Assembly (NCBI GenBank): GCA_041483195.1
Contig: JBGPFC010000004.1
Location: 32,001 to 96,000 of the forward strand
Source of the DNA: Candidatus Eiseniibacteriota bacterium
GTDB taxonomy: Bacteria; Eisenbacteria; RBG-16-71-46
Direction: 5' to 3'
Length of the DNA stretch: 64,000 nucleotides
Of the stretch, positions 35,623-48,050 are shown one piece after another. Made by a program: the position numbers and the translations under genes. Within the stretch, counting starts at the first letter, position 1; the number at the start of each line of letters is the position of its first letter. Under the pieces are notes generated by a model. The model was not told where the DNA came from. It was given only the letters and a program-made list of their open reading frames with translations, and made no database searches.

Positions 35623-36684
35623 GTGTTCGCGATGCGCGCGGGGGACGACCGGCGCTGGGGATGGACCGGGGCCTGGCTGTTTCCGGTGGGCGACCCTCGC
35701 GATTTTCAGAGCCCCGCGCCGGATGGCACGGCGGGGTATCGAGTGAATCGTGGCGTGGGAGATCCCGGGGAGGGCAGCGCGCCGCATGAGGGCGCGGATC
35801 TCGCGAACGGTCGCGGGGGCGGCGTGGTTCGAGCCGCCGCGCACGGGCTGGTCGTGGTCTCCGCGCGGACCGGCTGGCAGGGTGGATACGGGCGCCACAT
35901 CGTGATCGCGCATCGGCTCGAGGACGGCACGATCGCCTTCAGCGTCTACGCCCATCTCTCCCCCGGCTCGGTGCGCCCGCGCACCGGGGAGATCGTCGCG
36001 GCCGGCCAGGCGCTCGCCTGCGTCGGGCGCAGCGGCCGGGCCTCGACCGAGCATCTCCACTTCGAGATTCGAATCGCGGCGGATCCGCAGGCGCGATGGG
36101 AACACGCCCGCGTGGTGGATCCCGTTGCGTTCGTCACCGCGCGCCTGCCGGCGGATCGAGGGGAGAGCGGACCGCTCGCGCCCTACCTCGAGTGGGGGGA
36201 ATGCGGCTCGTTGCTGTCGCCCGATGACGCTTCGGACGCCGGCCTCACGCGTGCGCGCTGGTGGCGCATCCTCGCCCGCGGCGCGCGCCACGGGCTGCAG
36301 ACCATCCCCGGGGATCTCGCGGCGCTCCGCACCGCGCTCATCGGCCAGGGCCTCGTGCCCGGGGCTGAGAGCGAAGCCAGCGACGAAGTCGTTTCATGGT
36401 CCGAGCTCGCGCGCGACCTCACCCGCGTTCGAACCGCCGGCACCCGGCTGGCTCACCCGCCGATGGGCACTTCGGCCCATCGCGCCACCTGCGCGGCCAG
36501 GCTCGGCCTGCCCGAGCCCCGGCGCGGCCTCGATCGGCTCGGCCGCCGCGTCGGGTCGCCGCCGTCGGTCGCCGACGCCTGCGTCGCGCTCGCGGACCTC
36601 TCGGGCACGTGGGAAACCCCGCGCCCGAAGGGGGTCATCCGCCGTCGAGGTGGAGCTCGGCCTGCCGTGGGTAGCGGCGCTTGA
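35623..36684 (+). CDS. M23 family metallopeptidase
   Basis: HEGADL, GYGRHIVIAH, YAHL, GRSGRASTEHLHFEIR. Start uncertain. Confidence 0.85.
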   Translation: MFAMRAGDDRRWGWTGAWLFPVGDPRDFQSPAPDGTAGYRVNRGVGDPGEGSAPHEGADLANGRGGGVVRAAAHGLVVVSARTGWQGGYGRHIVIAHRLEDGTIAFSVYAHLSPGSVRPRTGEIVAAGQALACVGRSGRASTEHLHFEIRIAADPQARWEHARVVDPVAFVTARLPADRGESGPLAPYLEWGECGSLLSPDDASDAGLTRARWWRILARGARHGLQTIPGDLAALRTALIGQGLVPGAESEASDEVVSWSELARDLTRVRTAGTRLAHPPMGTSAHRATCAARLGLPEPRRGLDRLGRRVGSPPSVADACVALADLSGTWETPRPKGVIRRRGGARPAVGSGA

Positions 36685-37285
36685 GGTCGAGGACCAGCTG
36701 CGTAAACGCCGGGGTGTCTCCCTGCAGGGGTACGCGATCGGTGTCGATCTCGAGCACCTCGAGATCGTTCCGCGCGCGCGTCATCCAGTCGTCGTAGGCG
36801 CGGTTGAGCCGCTCGATGTAATCGATGCCGATCGCGCGCTCGCTCGGCCGCCCGCGACGCGCGATCCGCTCCATCAGCACCTCGGGGCTGGCCTTCAGGT
36901 AGATGATGAGGTCGGGCCTGCGAAGGAACGAAGCGAGAATCTCGAACAGCGATACGTAGTTCCGGTAGTCGACCTCGCTCATCGAGCCCTGCTGGCTCAG
37001 GGTGCGCGCGAAGATCTCGGCGTCCTCGTAGATCGTGCGGTCCTGGATGAACGGCAGCGAGCTCTTCCCGATCTCGACCTGCGCCTTGAAACGCTCGCTC
37101 AGGAAATAGATCTGGAGGTGGAAGCTCCAGCGCGGCATGTCACGGTAGAACGAATCCAGGTAGGGATTCTCGATGACCGGCTCGTAGTAGGCCATCCATC
37201 CGAGCTCGGCGCTCAGCCGGTTGGTGAGCTCGGTCTTTCCCACCCCGATGTTGCCGGCGATCGCGAGAAAATAGCCCTGACTCAC
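36635..37285 (-). CDS. deoxynucleoside kinase
   Basis: AIAGNIGVGKT, YEPVIENPYL, FHLQIYFL, QDRTIYEDA, PDLIIYL. GTG start after GAGGAG. Confidence 0.92.
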   Translation of the reverse strand: MSQGYFLAIAGNIGVGKTELTNRLSAELGWMAYYEPVIENPYLDSFYRDMPRWSFHLQIYFLSERFKAQVEIGKSSLPFIQDRTIYEDAEIFARTLSQQGSMSEVDYRNYVSLFEILASFLRRPDLIIYLKASPEVLMERIARRGRPSERAIGIDYIERLNRAYDDWMTRARNDLEVLEIDTDRVPLQGDTPAFTQLVLDLKRRYPRQAELHLDGG

Positions 37286-37521
37286 GCCACGAGCTCCTCT
37301 TTCTGTCAAGCCAGTGTTCAGACGTGAGGCTTCGGTTGACGCTTTCAGGACGTTTACTTTACGACGATGGACCGAAGGGGATCCGGAATCTACGCCACGG
37401 AATTTTCTCGAACCCGATTTGAACCGCCCGCATCTCGATAGCGCAATTCGCAGTTGGGGGGCTAGTTCGATGACATTCGCGTGCGGCCCGCGATTCTGAG
37501 AACGACGTCCCCCATTTTCTT

Positions 37522-37557
37522 TCACCCCGCGAGGTCTGCGTTCACCTCGCGGGGTGA
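37522..37557. repeat. perfect 14-bp inverted repeat (hairpin)
   Basis: TCACCCCGCGAGGT-N8-ACCTCGCGGGGTGA between prsR and the kinase gene. Confidence 0.7.
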
Positions 37558-37655
37558 GTCGTTTCTTCCCGCGAAACCGCGGAGCCCTGCGCGACGGGTG
37601 CGGCCCGCCTCTCGAGCGCGACCCGCTGCACGCTAGCCGCCCCGGATCGAGATCG

Positions 37656-39085
<1,430 letters not shown>

Positions 39086-39089
<4 letters not shown>

Positions 39090-41242
39090 GCCGGCCGCTC
39101 CCGCCCGGGGGCGACGGCCGCGGCCGGCAGACACACCGACACCGTGGTGCCGGCGCCTAAGCGGCTCTCGATCGTGAGCTCGCCGCCGTGCGCCTCGGCG
39201 ATGCTCCGGCACTGCATGAGCCCGATGCCGAGTCCCGCCGGCTTGGTGGTGGAGAACGGCCGGAACAGCGCGCCGCGCATGAACTCCTCGCTCATGCCGC
39301 GCCCGCTGTCGCGCACGGTCAGCGCGAAATCGCCAGCGCCATTCGGACCGGGCCGCACCACGCCCGTCAGCTCGATCTCCCCATCGCCGTCCAGCGCCTC
39401 CCGCGCGTTGACGAGCAGGTTCGTAACGAGCCGCAGCATCTGAGATCGATCGACCTGCACCGACGTCTCGCGATCACACCGCACTTCGACGCGTGCGACC
39501 GGATGCGCCCCGGCGCTCAGTCCCGCCGCCGCGACCGCATCGTCGAAGAGCGCTCCGAGCGCGCAGGGCTCGGGGTGGACCTCGGTGGGCCGTGCCACGC
39601 TCGAGACCTGGCTCATCAGCTCTCGCAGGTTCGCGACGGTGCGCTCCAGCACGGTGAGCGCGTCGCGCTGAAATTCCGGATCGGACAGGTGCTGGCGCGC
39701 GTTCTCGACAACGAGCGAGAGGCCCGACACGTGGTTCTTGATGTCGTGCAGCACGAAGGACGAGAGACGGTGAAGGGACTCGAGCTGGCGAGTCTCGGCG
39801 AGCTGCTCGGCCTGGCGGGCGAAGCCGAGCGCGGCCGCGATCTGGCGCGACACCGCGCCCAGGAACTGAACGTCCTCCGCCGTGTAGTCCTCCTCGTTCC
39901 GCTTCTCGGACAGCCAGATCAGGCCGACCCGATCGCCGCCGATCGTGAGCGAGGCGCAGACCGCCGCGGACACCGCGCGGATGGCCTCGCGATTCTCCAC
40001 GGCGACCGGAATCAGATCGAGGTCCTGCGCCATCTCGCGGAACACGACCGGCGCCCCCGAGCGCTGAAGCTCCTGCACCAGCGGATTCTCCGGCGCGATC
40101 ACGGGCGGCATCGCCGGCGGGCCATACGCGCGGCGGAAGCCGCCGCCGCGCTCGTCCGCGAGGTAGAGCGCGATGCGCTTGGCCTCGAAGATCGTTCCCA
40201 TCAGGGTCTCGATCTGGCGATACAGATCGTCGGGGCGCGCCGAAGGAGCGATGGCATTCGTCACGCGCTCCCACTCACGACGATAGTCGTAGCGATTCGC
40301 GTAGAAATTGCGATCGATGAACCGCTTGACGGCGCGATTCGCGCGCGGGCTGAGCGTCAGCAGCAACCCGCCCCCTCCCGCCAGCAGATAGAACGCGAGG
40401 CTCACGCCCCGCTTCCATTCGGGGGTGAGGATCGGGACCAGCTTCGAGAGCACGGCCATCGTGAGCAGGAACGCGCCCGCCAGCGTGAGCGAAACCGACG
40501 AGTAGTAGATGACCGGCCGGGCGAGCGGAACGCTCATGTCCGAGAGCCGCCGGCGCGCGAGCGCGAACGAGGTCACGACGCCCGCGCCGAACATCGGCGC
40601 GGCGCTCGCCGCGAGCCACGAGACGCGCACGCCGCCGTAGAGCAATCCCCCGGAGACGACCAGCAGCTCGCTCAGGATCCCCACCAGGAACGCGAGAAAC
40701 ATCGGCCGCAGCCGGCGCTTGGAGGCCGCCGGCGCGGTGCGCAGCGTGCGCTCGATGTTCATCAGCACGGCGACCATCACGACCACGAGATACATGAGGT
40801 AGATCTTGCCCATGCCGGCGAGCACGATCACCCCGCGACCGCCCTGGCCCGCCACCTCGCGAACGATGAAGGGAGTTTCGGACGCGGCGGACATCGCGAC
40901 ACAGCCGATCAGGGCGAGGATCAGGTAGGCCGCCGAGTTCTTGATCTGCGACCAGGGATCCGAGCGAGCCAGCACCACGCTCAGGCTCAGCCACAGCCAG
41001 GAGGCGAGGGCGGAGACCTCGGCGAGATAGGTCGCCCACATGCGCGCGGTCCCGGGAGTGGCGGCCTCGAGGATGCCGAGCGTCCCCGCCTGGAATGCCG
41101 CCATCGACAGGAAGGCCGCCGAGAACACCAGGGTCGTCAGCCAGTGTCCCCGCCGCAGCGTGGCGAGCACGCCGATGACCGCGGCGAGCCAGGCGCTCGC
41201 GACCACCAGCGTCACCTGGATCGGCGATGTCGCGAATTCCAC
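39086..41242 (-). CDS. prsK: PEP-CTERM system histidine kinase PrsK-like
   Basis: Multi-TM N-domain, RNFYANRYDYRREW, GAF domain, SSFVLHDIKN, LFRPFSTTK..GLGIGL. Confidence 0.88.
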
Positions 41243-41257
41243 TCGTCCTCCTGGCCT

Positions 41258-42796
41258 TCAGTCCTGGCCCAGCCGGGCAGCCGCGGCCCGGGCGCGCTGC
41301 CGGGATCCGGGATCCGTCGCGCGTTCGGCGATGTCACGATACAGCCCGCGCGCGCGGCCGCGATCCACGAGGGTCGATTCGGCGATGCCGGCCGCACGCA
41401 TTCCCGCCTCCGCGCCGGCGGTCGTGCCTGCGTACCGCCGCCAGAGATCCGCGAGCGCATCGCACGCTCCCGTGGAATCGCCGAGCGCGACCAGCAGGTC
41501 GGCTCGCGTGCGCCGCGCCAGCTGCTGCACCTCGTCGTCGCGCTGGGTCGCGATCAGGTAGTCCATGTTTTCGAGCGCCCGCCTCGCTTCCACGCGGGCG
41601 ATTTCGATCTCACCCCGGTGAAGGTGATACCGCACGATGCGCAGCACCGATTCGAACGCGAGCGGATGCGTAGGTCGCGCCGCCGCCAGTGCGCGATACT
41701 CGCTGCGCGCCGCCTCCCACGAACCCGCCGCCTCCAGAATCGCCCCGCGGCGGAACCGCGCTTCGGCCGCCGGATCCTGCGCCTCCGGGCAGGCTTCGAG
41801 CAAGCGGCCGAACGCGGCGAGCGCGGAATCGGGACGATGGCTCGCCTCCCATGCCCGCGCGAGGATCAGCATCGCATCCGCGCGATCCGCCGGCGCGGCG
41901 CCGATCGCGGCCCACGCCGCGTACACGCGTGCAGTGTCGGGGCGCCCCGATTCGAGCGCGGTGCGCGCCAGCGTCATGACGCGCCGGGACGCGTTCGCCC
42001 GGTCCGCCGGCTCGCCCAGAACGCCGCGGAGCGCCGCGAGCGCGCCGTCGCCGTCTCCGCGCGCGGTCCGGGTCGCCGCGAGCGCGAGCCAGAGATCCGG
42101 CGCGGCCCGCGTCCCCCGCGCGCCCGCCAGCCCATCGAGCAGGCGGCGATCCGCGGCGCGCAGCACCGAATCCCGCGCCGCGTCCCGGCCGGCGGCATCG
42201 AGCAGCGCCGCGATGCGGAGCGGCGCATCGAGCACCGCCTGCGACGCGACATGCCGCGCGGGATCGACCGGCGGATAGTCCGCGGCGACGACGCTCCAGG
42301 CGGCGAGCGCATCGGGGCCCCGCCCCAGTTCCGAGAGCAGCTCGGCCCTGGCCGCCGCCGCCTCGACCCCCACCGACCCGAGCGTTCGATAGTCCGAGAT
42401 CGCGCGGGCGTAACCCGCGAGCGCCAGCTTCTCGTGCCCGCGCATCTCCTCGATGCGCGCGCACGCGATCGCCGCGCGCCCCGACACCTCCCCCACCTCG
42501 AGCGCCATCGGTCCCTCGCCGGTCCCGGCCCACACCCCCGGCGGGAACGCCCTGGTGATTTCGCGGAACGCCGCCATCGCCCGCTCGTAGTCCGCGTCCG
42601 TCGCCAGCGCGGGATTGAGCTGGAGCCGCTCCGCGAGGCGACGGGCATGCCAATACGATTTCTCGGCGCGGTATCGGGCCCAGAGCGCCGAATCGCCGCA
42701 GCCGGCGACCGCGATCAGACCGGCGGCCAGCACGCAGCGCGCGACCCGCACCGCCACCCGGCGCCGCGGCCTGCGATCCGCGCTCACGGCGCCCAC
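41258..42796 (-). CDS. TPR-repeat lipoprotein
   Basis: Lipobox-like AVAGC; Ala-rich helical TPR-like repeats. Confidence 0.7.
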   Translation of the reverse strand: MGAVSADRRPRRRVAVRVARCVLAAGLIAVAGCGDSALWARYRAEKSYWHARRLAERLQLNPALATDADYERAMAAFREITRAFPPGVWAGTGEGPMALEVGEVSGRAAIACARIEEMRGHEKLALAGYARAISDYRTLGSVGVEAAAARAELLSELGRGPDALAAWSVVAADYPPVDPARHVASQAVLDAPLRIAALLDAAGRDAARDSVLRAADRRLLDGLAGARGTRAAPDLWLALAATRTARGDGDGALAALRGVLGEPADRANASRRVMTLARTALESGRPDTARVYAAWAAIGAAPADRADAMLILARAWEASHRPDSALAAFGRLLEACPEAQDPAAEARFRRGAILEAAGSWEAARSEYRALAAARPTHPLAFESVLRIVRYHLHRGEIEIARVEARRALENMDYLIATQRDDEVQQLARRTRADLLVALGDSTGACDALADLWRRYAGTTAGAEAGMRAAGIAESTLVDRGRARGLYRDIAERATDPGSRQRARAAAARLGQD

Positions 42797-43638
42797 CCGT
42801 CGTCCGGGTTCGCCATCGCGCCCAGGTACACCAGGGTCGCGCTGCCCGCGAGCAGGAACCAGACGCCCAGCGACGCGACCACCTCCAGCGTGACCAGCCA
42901 GCCCACCAGCTCCGGGTCGCCGCGATTCACGAGCAGCGCGGCGCGATCGGAGAGCGCATGCAGCGGGAGCAGCAGCACGAGCGGCGTGAAACCCAGCGCC
43001 AGCCCGGCCCAGAATCCGCGCGCCCAGGTGCGGGGCAGCGCGGCGAGCGCCGAGAGCGCGCTCCTCCGCTCGATCATCACCAGCGCGGCCACATACAGGA
43101 ACAGCGACTGGATCACGACCGGCCCCGCGATCAGGCCGAATTCGAGGAGCCGGCCCGTGAGTCCGCCCCCTCCGCGGCGGAGCAGCCAGCCGTCGAGCAG
43201 GGTGGACAGCCCGACGACCGCGACGTTGAACGGGAGCTGCGCAAGGATGAGCGATCCGCCGCGGCGCAGCGCTTCACGCAACGCGACGCCAGCACGCGGA
43301 CGGCCGCCGCGGAATTGCTCTGCGAACATCACGGTCGCCGCGCCGATCATCACCGAGCCGAGCAGCGTGCCGATCGCCAGATCGACGCGCGAGAACAAGT
43401 CGGGCATCGCGCTCATGAGATTCGGATACCTGAGGACCTCGGCGCCCGCGACGCGAGTGAGTAGCGGCGCCATGAACCACGAGACGGCCGGGTGGGCGAA
43501 GCCCCACAGCAGCGCGACGATCGCGAGCTGCACCGATCCCAGCACCAGCCACGGGACCCACAGCACGGGCTTCGGAAACAGGCGGAGGGTGCGGAGCATG
43601 GCCTGGATCGCGAGCGCGACCTGCTCGAACAGATTCAT
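42784..43638 (-). CDS. hypothetical integral membrane protein
   Basis: MNLFEQVAL... with multiple TM segments; overlapping start and stop with neighbours. Confidence 0.75.
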   Translation of the reverse strand: MNLFEQVALAIQAMLRTLRLFPKPVLWVPWLVLGSVQLAIVALLWGFAHPAVSWFMAPLLTRVAGAEVLRYPNLMSAMPDLFSRVDLAIGTLLGSVMIGAATVMFAEQFRGGRPRAGVALREALRRGGSLILAQLPFNVAVVGLSTLLDGWLLRRGGGGLTGRLLEFGLIAGPVVIQSLFLYVAALVMIERRSALSALAALPRTWARGFWAGLALGFTPLVLLLPLHALSDRAALLVNRGDPELVGWLVTLEVVASLGVWFLLAGSATLVYLGAMANPDDGWAP

Positions 43639-44282
43639 CGCGCCGCCCGGCCCGGAGCGGCCGCCGCCGCGAGCGTGGCGGGCAGCACCGCGGCGATCCG
43701 GGCGGAGAAATCGTCGAGCCTGCGCGCCGCGGCCGCCTCGTCGCCGCCCTGGATCGGAGTCTCGACCCGCACGAACGCTCCCCACGAGCGATTCTCGAGC
43801 GCGCCGCGCAGCGCCATCTGCCGGCGGAACGATGTGACGTCCATGGTGGTGAGCCCCGCGGTGGTCCACCAGTAGCGGACCAGGCGCCGGCGGCGGGGCG
43901 CGTCCGCGACGAAGCTGTTGACCCACAGGCCCTGCTCCGAACCGTCCGCGACCAGCGCCCGCGAGGGGCGCTCGACGACGTAGCCCTGCGATTCGTAGCA
44001 GACGCGCGGGTCGTGCGCCCCGTAGCGCCGGTTCTGATGGAACACGATGCACAGCCAGACCACGTCGCCGCCCCGCTCGTAGCGGCGGATCAGCAGGTCG
44101 TCGGACTGGAGCTCCTCGACGACCGCGTCCTCGAACGACAGCTCGATCCCGCTCCATGCTCCGAACACCGCGGGGACCGAACGCAGCGCTCCCCGCCCCA
44201 CCGCGAGATTGACCGGCGGGTGGAGCCACACGTACGCGCCGGTCGCGGCCAGCATCGCGAACACGATGGCGAAGCGCCTCAT
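43635..44282 (-). CDS. epsI: EpsI family exosortase-associated protein
   Basis: VPAVFGAWSG, DDLLIRRY, HDPRVCYESQGY, LVRYWW, GAFVRV. Confidence 0.85.
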   Translation of the reverse strand: MRRFAIVFAMLAATGAYVWLHPPVNLAVGRGALRSVPAVFGAWSGIELSFEDAVVEELQSDDLLIRRYERGGDVVWLCIVFHQNRRYGAHDPRVCYESQGYVVERPSRALVADGSEQGLWVNSFVADAPRRRRLVRYWWTTAGLTTMDVTSFRRQMALRGALENRSWGAFVRVETPIQGGDEAAAARRLDDFSARIAAVLPATLAAAAAPGRAAR

Positions 44283-45166
44283 GACCGGGCGATCCTCCCG
44301 GGCGGGCCCGGCTCGAGCGCGGCCCGGACCGCGAACATCGCGAACAGCGCCACGACGTAGAGCAGCACGCCCGAGACGTCGTGGAGCGTCCGCGTCACAC
44401 GCGCGATGCCGGCGTAGTGCGCGACCAGGATGAGCAGGGTGATGCGCATCGCGTTCACGGCGATCGCAACTGGCACCGCCGCGAGGAAGAGCAATCCGCG
44501 CCGCCACCATGTGCCGCGCAGGTGCGCGGCCAGCAGCGCGCCGAGCCCGAGCAGCGCGATCAGCGAGCGCAACCCGCTGCACGGATGCTCGACGCGCAGC
44601 TCGCCGCTCGCGACGAACAGGCTCATGCCGCTGCGCTGAAGCTCCACGCCCAGCATCTCGGCGGCGCGGGTCGCGAGCCCCACCGCGATGTCCTTGAGTC
44701 CGAAGCTGACCTGGTTCACGAGCAGCGGAGGGAAGGTGAGCATGAACACCAGGTAGCCGATGGGAAGGGCGAGCACGCGGGTGCGCGCGGTGCCCAGGAA
44801 CGCGAGCGCGAGCCCGAACAGCATGAGGACGAACGAATCGCCCTGCAGCATGAGCACGTCGGAGCGGATGCCCGCGAGCTGCAGCGCGCAGGCCAGCCCC
44901 ACCAGCGCCACGCCCCGTCCGTCGCCGGCCGCGGGCGCGGCCGCGATCCGATGGCGCCGCATCCACACCAGCGCGAGCGAGACCAGCGGCACCAGCGGGC
45001 CGTGCGAGTAGTTGTCGTTGGTCGTCCACACGCCCCACAGGGCGATCGCGGTGCGGGAGTAGATCGCGATCAGCAGGGCGAGCAGCAGCGTCGCCCCCGC
45101 GGCCCGCGCCGCGCTCACCCCCGCCGGCGCGGCGGTCGCCCCCTGCGCGCCGGCCGTCATGACCAT
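44279..45166 (-). CDS. exosortase (EpsH family)
   Basis: NYSHGPLVP, VEHPCSGLRSL (catalytic Cys), NAMRIT, LHDVSG. Confidence 0.92.
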   Translation of the reverse strand: MVMTAGAQGATAAPAGVSAARAAGATLLLALLIAIYSRTAIALWGVWTTNDNYSHGPLVPLVSLALVWMRRHRIAAAPAAGDGRGVALVGLACALQLAGIRSDVLMLQGDSFVLMLFGLALAFLGTARTRVLALPIGYLVFMLTFPPLLVNQVSFGLKDIAVGLATRAAEMLGVELQRSGMSLFVASGELRVEHPCSGLRSLIALLGLGALLAAHLRGTWWRRGLLFLAAVPVAIAVNAMRITLLILVAHYAGIARVTRTLHDVSGVLLYVVALFAMFAVRAALEPGPPGRIARS

Positions 45167-45179
45167 CCGCCCCGGTCCA

Positions 45180-45794
45180 TCAGTACACCCCGCGGGACGA
45201 GACGAGCGTGATCGCCGTGCGCAGCATGATCGACAGGTCGAGCCGCCACCCGACGTGCTCCGCGTAATGCCGGTCGAGGCGCACCTTCTCATCGAGCGCG
45301 ATGTCGTCCCGGCCGTTGACCTGCGCCCACCCGGTGACGCCCGGCCGCAGCGCGTCAACCCCCGCCGCGCGTCGCATCGCGATGAGATCGTCCTGGTTGA
45401 AGAGCGCCGGCCGCGGCCCCACCAGCGCCATCTCGCCGCGAACGACGTTCCACAGCTGCGGCAGCTCATCGATGCTGAAGCGCCGGAGTACGCGGCCCGC
45501 GCGCGTCACGTGGCTCGCGCCCGGTCCCATCAGGTGCGAGGCGAGGTGCGGCGTCCCGACCCGCATGGTGCGGAACTTGAAGATCACGAACTCGCGCGAT
45601 CCGCGCCCGATGCGGCGCTGGCGGAACAGAGAGGGTCCTGGCGAATCGAGCCGCACCAGCACCGCGACCAGCGCCATCAGCGGCGAGCACACGACCAGCA
45701 GCGCGAGCGCGGTCGCGACGTCCAGCGCACGCTTCGCCGCGCCGTAGAACCCGCCAGGGCGCGGGACCACTTCGCTCGCACGCGCCCCGCTCAC
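45180..45794 (-). CDS. bacterial sugar transferase (phosphoglycosyl transferase)
   Basis: KRALDV, DSPGPSLFRQRRIG, FKFRTM, LRRFSIDELPQLWNVVRGEMALVGPRP, RPGVTGWAQVNGR. Confidence 0.93.
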   Translation of the reverse strand: MSGARASEVVPRPGGFYGAAKRALDVATALALLVVCSPLMALVAVLVRLDSPGPSLFRQRRIGRGSREFVIFKFRTMRVGTPHLASHLMGPGASHVTRAGRVLRRFSIDELPQLWNVVRGEMALVGPRPALFNQDDLIAMRRAAGVDALRPGVTGWAQVNGRDDIALDEKVRLDRHYAEHVGWRLDLSIMLRTAITLVSSRGVY

Positions 45795-46828
45795 GACTCC
45801 GCCTCCTGCCCGCCCGCCCTCACCGAGCGGAATGCTGCCGCCACGCGCACCCGCGCGCTCCTCCACAGGGCCTCTGAGGCATTCGCCATCGCCCATCTCG
45901 CCCCGCCCCCCAGCCAGCAATGCATGGCGACCGGCGCGCCCAGCGGCCCGGTCACGTCGCGCTTGAAGAAAGTGTCGCCGCCCCAGTTGAGCCAGCGAAG
46001 GCCGCGATCGCGGGCGCGTCGCGCGGCCTCGTATGCGAGCAGCACGAAGGCCCCGGCGCGCCGCGCCTCGACGGTCGAGGCGGCGGCCCGGCTCTCGATC
46101 AGCGCTCCGGGACCGAGCGCGAAACCGAAACCCGAGCCCACCTCCTCGCCGCGCACCGCGAGCAGCAGCCACATCCACGGCAGCTCCCATTCGCGCCACC
46201 GCTCGCCGGGAGCGGGATCTGCGGCCGGCTCGGTCGCGATCGAGCGTCCATGACGCGCCTGGGTCTCGTGCTGCACGCGCTCGAACTTGCGGAGCCACGC
46301 GAGCTCCGACGTCTCGACGACGCGATAGCCCTCCCGCTCGGCGCGCCGGATGGCGCTGCGCTTGGTCTTGTCCATCGCGCGAATCAGCGCTTCGTCCGGC
46401 CGATCGATCGCGTGCAGCAGCGTCTTGCCCGCGAGGTAGCCCGGAATCCCGCGCGGCGGCGCGCATGGAAGGAAGCAACGCACGCGCTCGCCGCGCGTGC
46501 AGCGGGCGAGATGCGCGAACAGCAGGGCGGCCTCTTCGCTCGCGAGCGCGGCCGCGGGCGGACGGCCGGTCTGCTCGACCGCAACATGCCAGCGCCATGG
46601 CAATCCACTCACCCACACGCCGCGCTCGAATCGCGCGACGATCGCGCCCGTCACGGGCGGCTCGTGGACCAGCACCGCGATCGACGGCGTGCCGTGCCGC
46701 GCCTCCCACCGCATGAGATCCAGCCGCAACGAGTGATTCGCGAAGGGCAGGCGCGCGACGCATGCGTCCCACGCGCTCTCGAACGCCGGCTCCAGCGGCG
46801 TCTCGCTGTGCCAGGAGAGCACGCTCAC
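45791..46828 (-). CDS. GNAT/FemAB-like acyltransferase
   Basis: MDKTKRSAIRRAEREG and WLNWGGDTFFKR motifs; located in the EPS cluster. Confidence 0.65.
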   Translation of the reverse strand: MSVLSWHSETPLEPAFESAWDACVARLPFANHSLRLDLMRWEARHGTPSIAVLVHEPPVTGAIVARFERGVWVSGLPWRWHVAVEQTGRPPAAALASEEAALLFAHLARCTRGERVRCFLPCAPPRGIPGYLAGKTLLHAIDRPDEALIRAMDKTKRSAIRRAEREGYRVVETSELAWLRKFERVQHETQARHGRSIATEPAADPAPGERWREWELPWMWLLLAVRGEEVGSGFGFALGPGALIESRAAASTVEARRAGAFVLLAYEAARRARDRGLRWLNWGGDTFFKRDVTGPLGAPVAMHCWLGGGARWAMANASEALWRSARVRVAAAFRSVRAGGQEAES

Positions 46829-46901
46829 GCTCGCCTCGCGAATTCGGGGGCGCGCATCATCCGCCGCTTCACGTGCCGCTCACGCGCCGGCATGCCGCTC
46901 G

Positions 46902-48050
46902 TCACCCGAGCCCGTTCGCGTCTCGAGCCCGGACCCCGCGTCGCGCCAGCTCCGCCCGGTACAGCGCCTCGGTCTCGCGCACCATGCGCTCCGCCGTGTA
47001 GCGCTCGGCCCACCTCGCCCGGCCCGCCGCGCCCATCGCATCGGCGCGGGCGCGATCCGAGAGCAGCGCGTGAAGCGCCTCCGCGAGCGCGGTGGCGTCG
47101 CCGGGTTCGACCAGCAGGCCGGTGCTTCCGTCCGCGACCGCCTCGGCATTCCCCCCGGCGCGCGTCGCCACCACCGGTCGCCCGGCGCGCATCGCCTCCA
47201 GCAGCGTGATGGAAAGCCCTTCGCGGCGCGAAGACAGCACGAACACGTCGGCCGCCGCGATCAGGTCGGCGGCGTCGATCCGCGCGCCGAGCAGCCGCAC
47301 GCTGTCGCCGAGCCCGAGGCGCTTCGCCTGATCCGCCAGCGCGCCGCGCAACGGCCCGTCGCCCGCGATCAGCAGGCGTGCATCCGGCAGGCGGGCGCCG
47401 ACGCGGGCGAATGCATCGAGCAGGAGGTCCTGCGCCTTCTGCCGGGTCAGGCTGCCCACGGTGAGCAGCACCGGCTGCGCCTCGCCGAGCAAGAGCCCCG
47501 CGCGCGTCGCGTCACGCGGGCGCGCGCCCGGCGCTGGCGAGATGCCGTTCGCCACCGTCACGAAGCGCTTCGCCGCCCACCGCAGGCGGCGCACGTGGCT
47601 CTCGCGCACAGCATCGCACACGCACACCACGCGTCGCGTCATCGCGGTGGTCACCATCTCCAGCAGCGGATAGAGCCCGGAATGCCGGCCGGCGTAGTGG
47701 ATGCTGTGCTCGGTGCGCAGCACCACCGGCACCCCGGCCCATGCCGCGGCGAGCGTTGCGTAGAGTGCGCCGGTCGGGTTGTGGCCGTTCACAACGTCCA
47801 CCCGCTCCTCGCGCATCAGCCCCGCGAGCCGGCGCAGCGCGAACGCCCGCCGCCCGAGCTTGCCGAGCATGAAGGTGCGCGCGCCCAGGCGTTCTGCCGC
47901 CTCGAGCGCCGGTCCGCCGCGATTGAGGGCGCAGACCATGCTCTCGACGTCCGGGCCAGCGTGGCGCACGTGCTCGACGATCACCGACTCCGCGCCGCCC
48001 ATCTGCATCGCCTCGATCACGTGCAGCACCCGCATGCGGACCGCGCTCAC
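46902..48050 (-). CDS. glycosyltransferase family 4
   Basis: GGAES, VGSLTRQKA, DVFVLSSRREGLSITLLEAM. Confidence 0.9.
   Translation of the reverse strand: MSAVRMRVLHVIEAMQMGGAESVIVEHVRHAGPDVESMVCALNRGGPALEAAERLGARTFMLGKLGRRAFALRRLAGLMREERVDVVNGHNPTGALYATLAAAWAGVPVVLRTEHSIHYAGRHSGLYPLLEMVTTAMTRRVVCVCDAVRESHVRRLRWAAKRFVTVANGISPAPGARPRDATRAGLLLGEAQPVLLTVGSLTRQKAQDLLLDAFARVGARLPDARLLIAGDGPLRGALADQAKRLGLGDSVRLLGARIDAADLIAAADVFVLSSRREGLSITLLEAMRAGRPVVATRAGGNAEAVADGSTGLLVEPGDATALAEALHALLSDRARADAMGAAGRARWAERYTAERMVRETEALYRAELARRGVRARDANGLG

Noticed and set aside
39188..43837. 1549-aa plus-strand ORF
   Set aside because: Antisense shadow of prsK, the TPR gene and the membrane gene in very high-GC DNA; Arg/Ala/Pro-rich with no domain.
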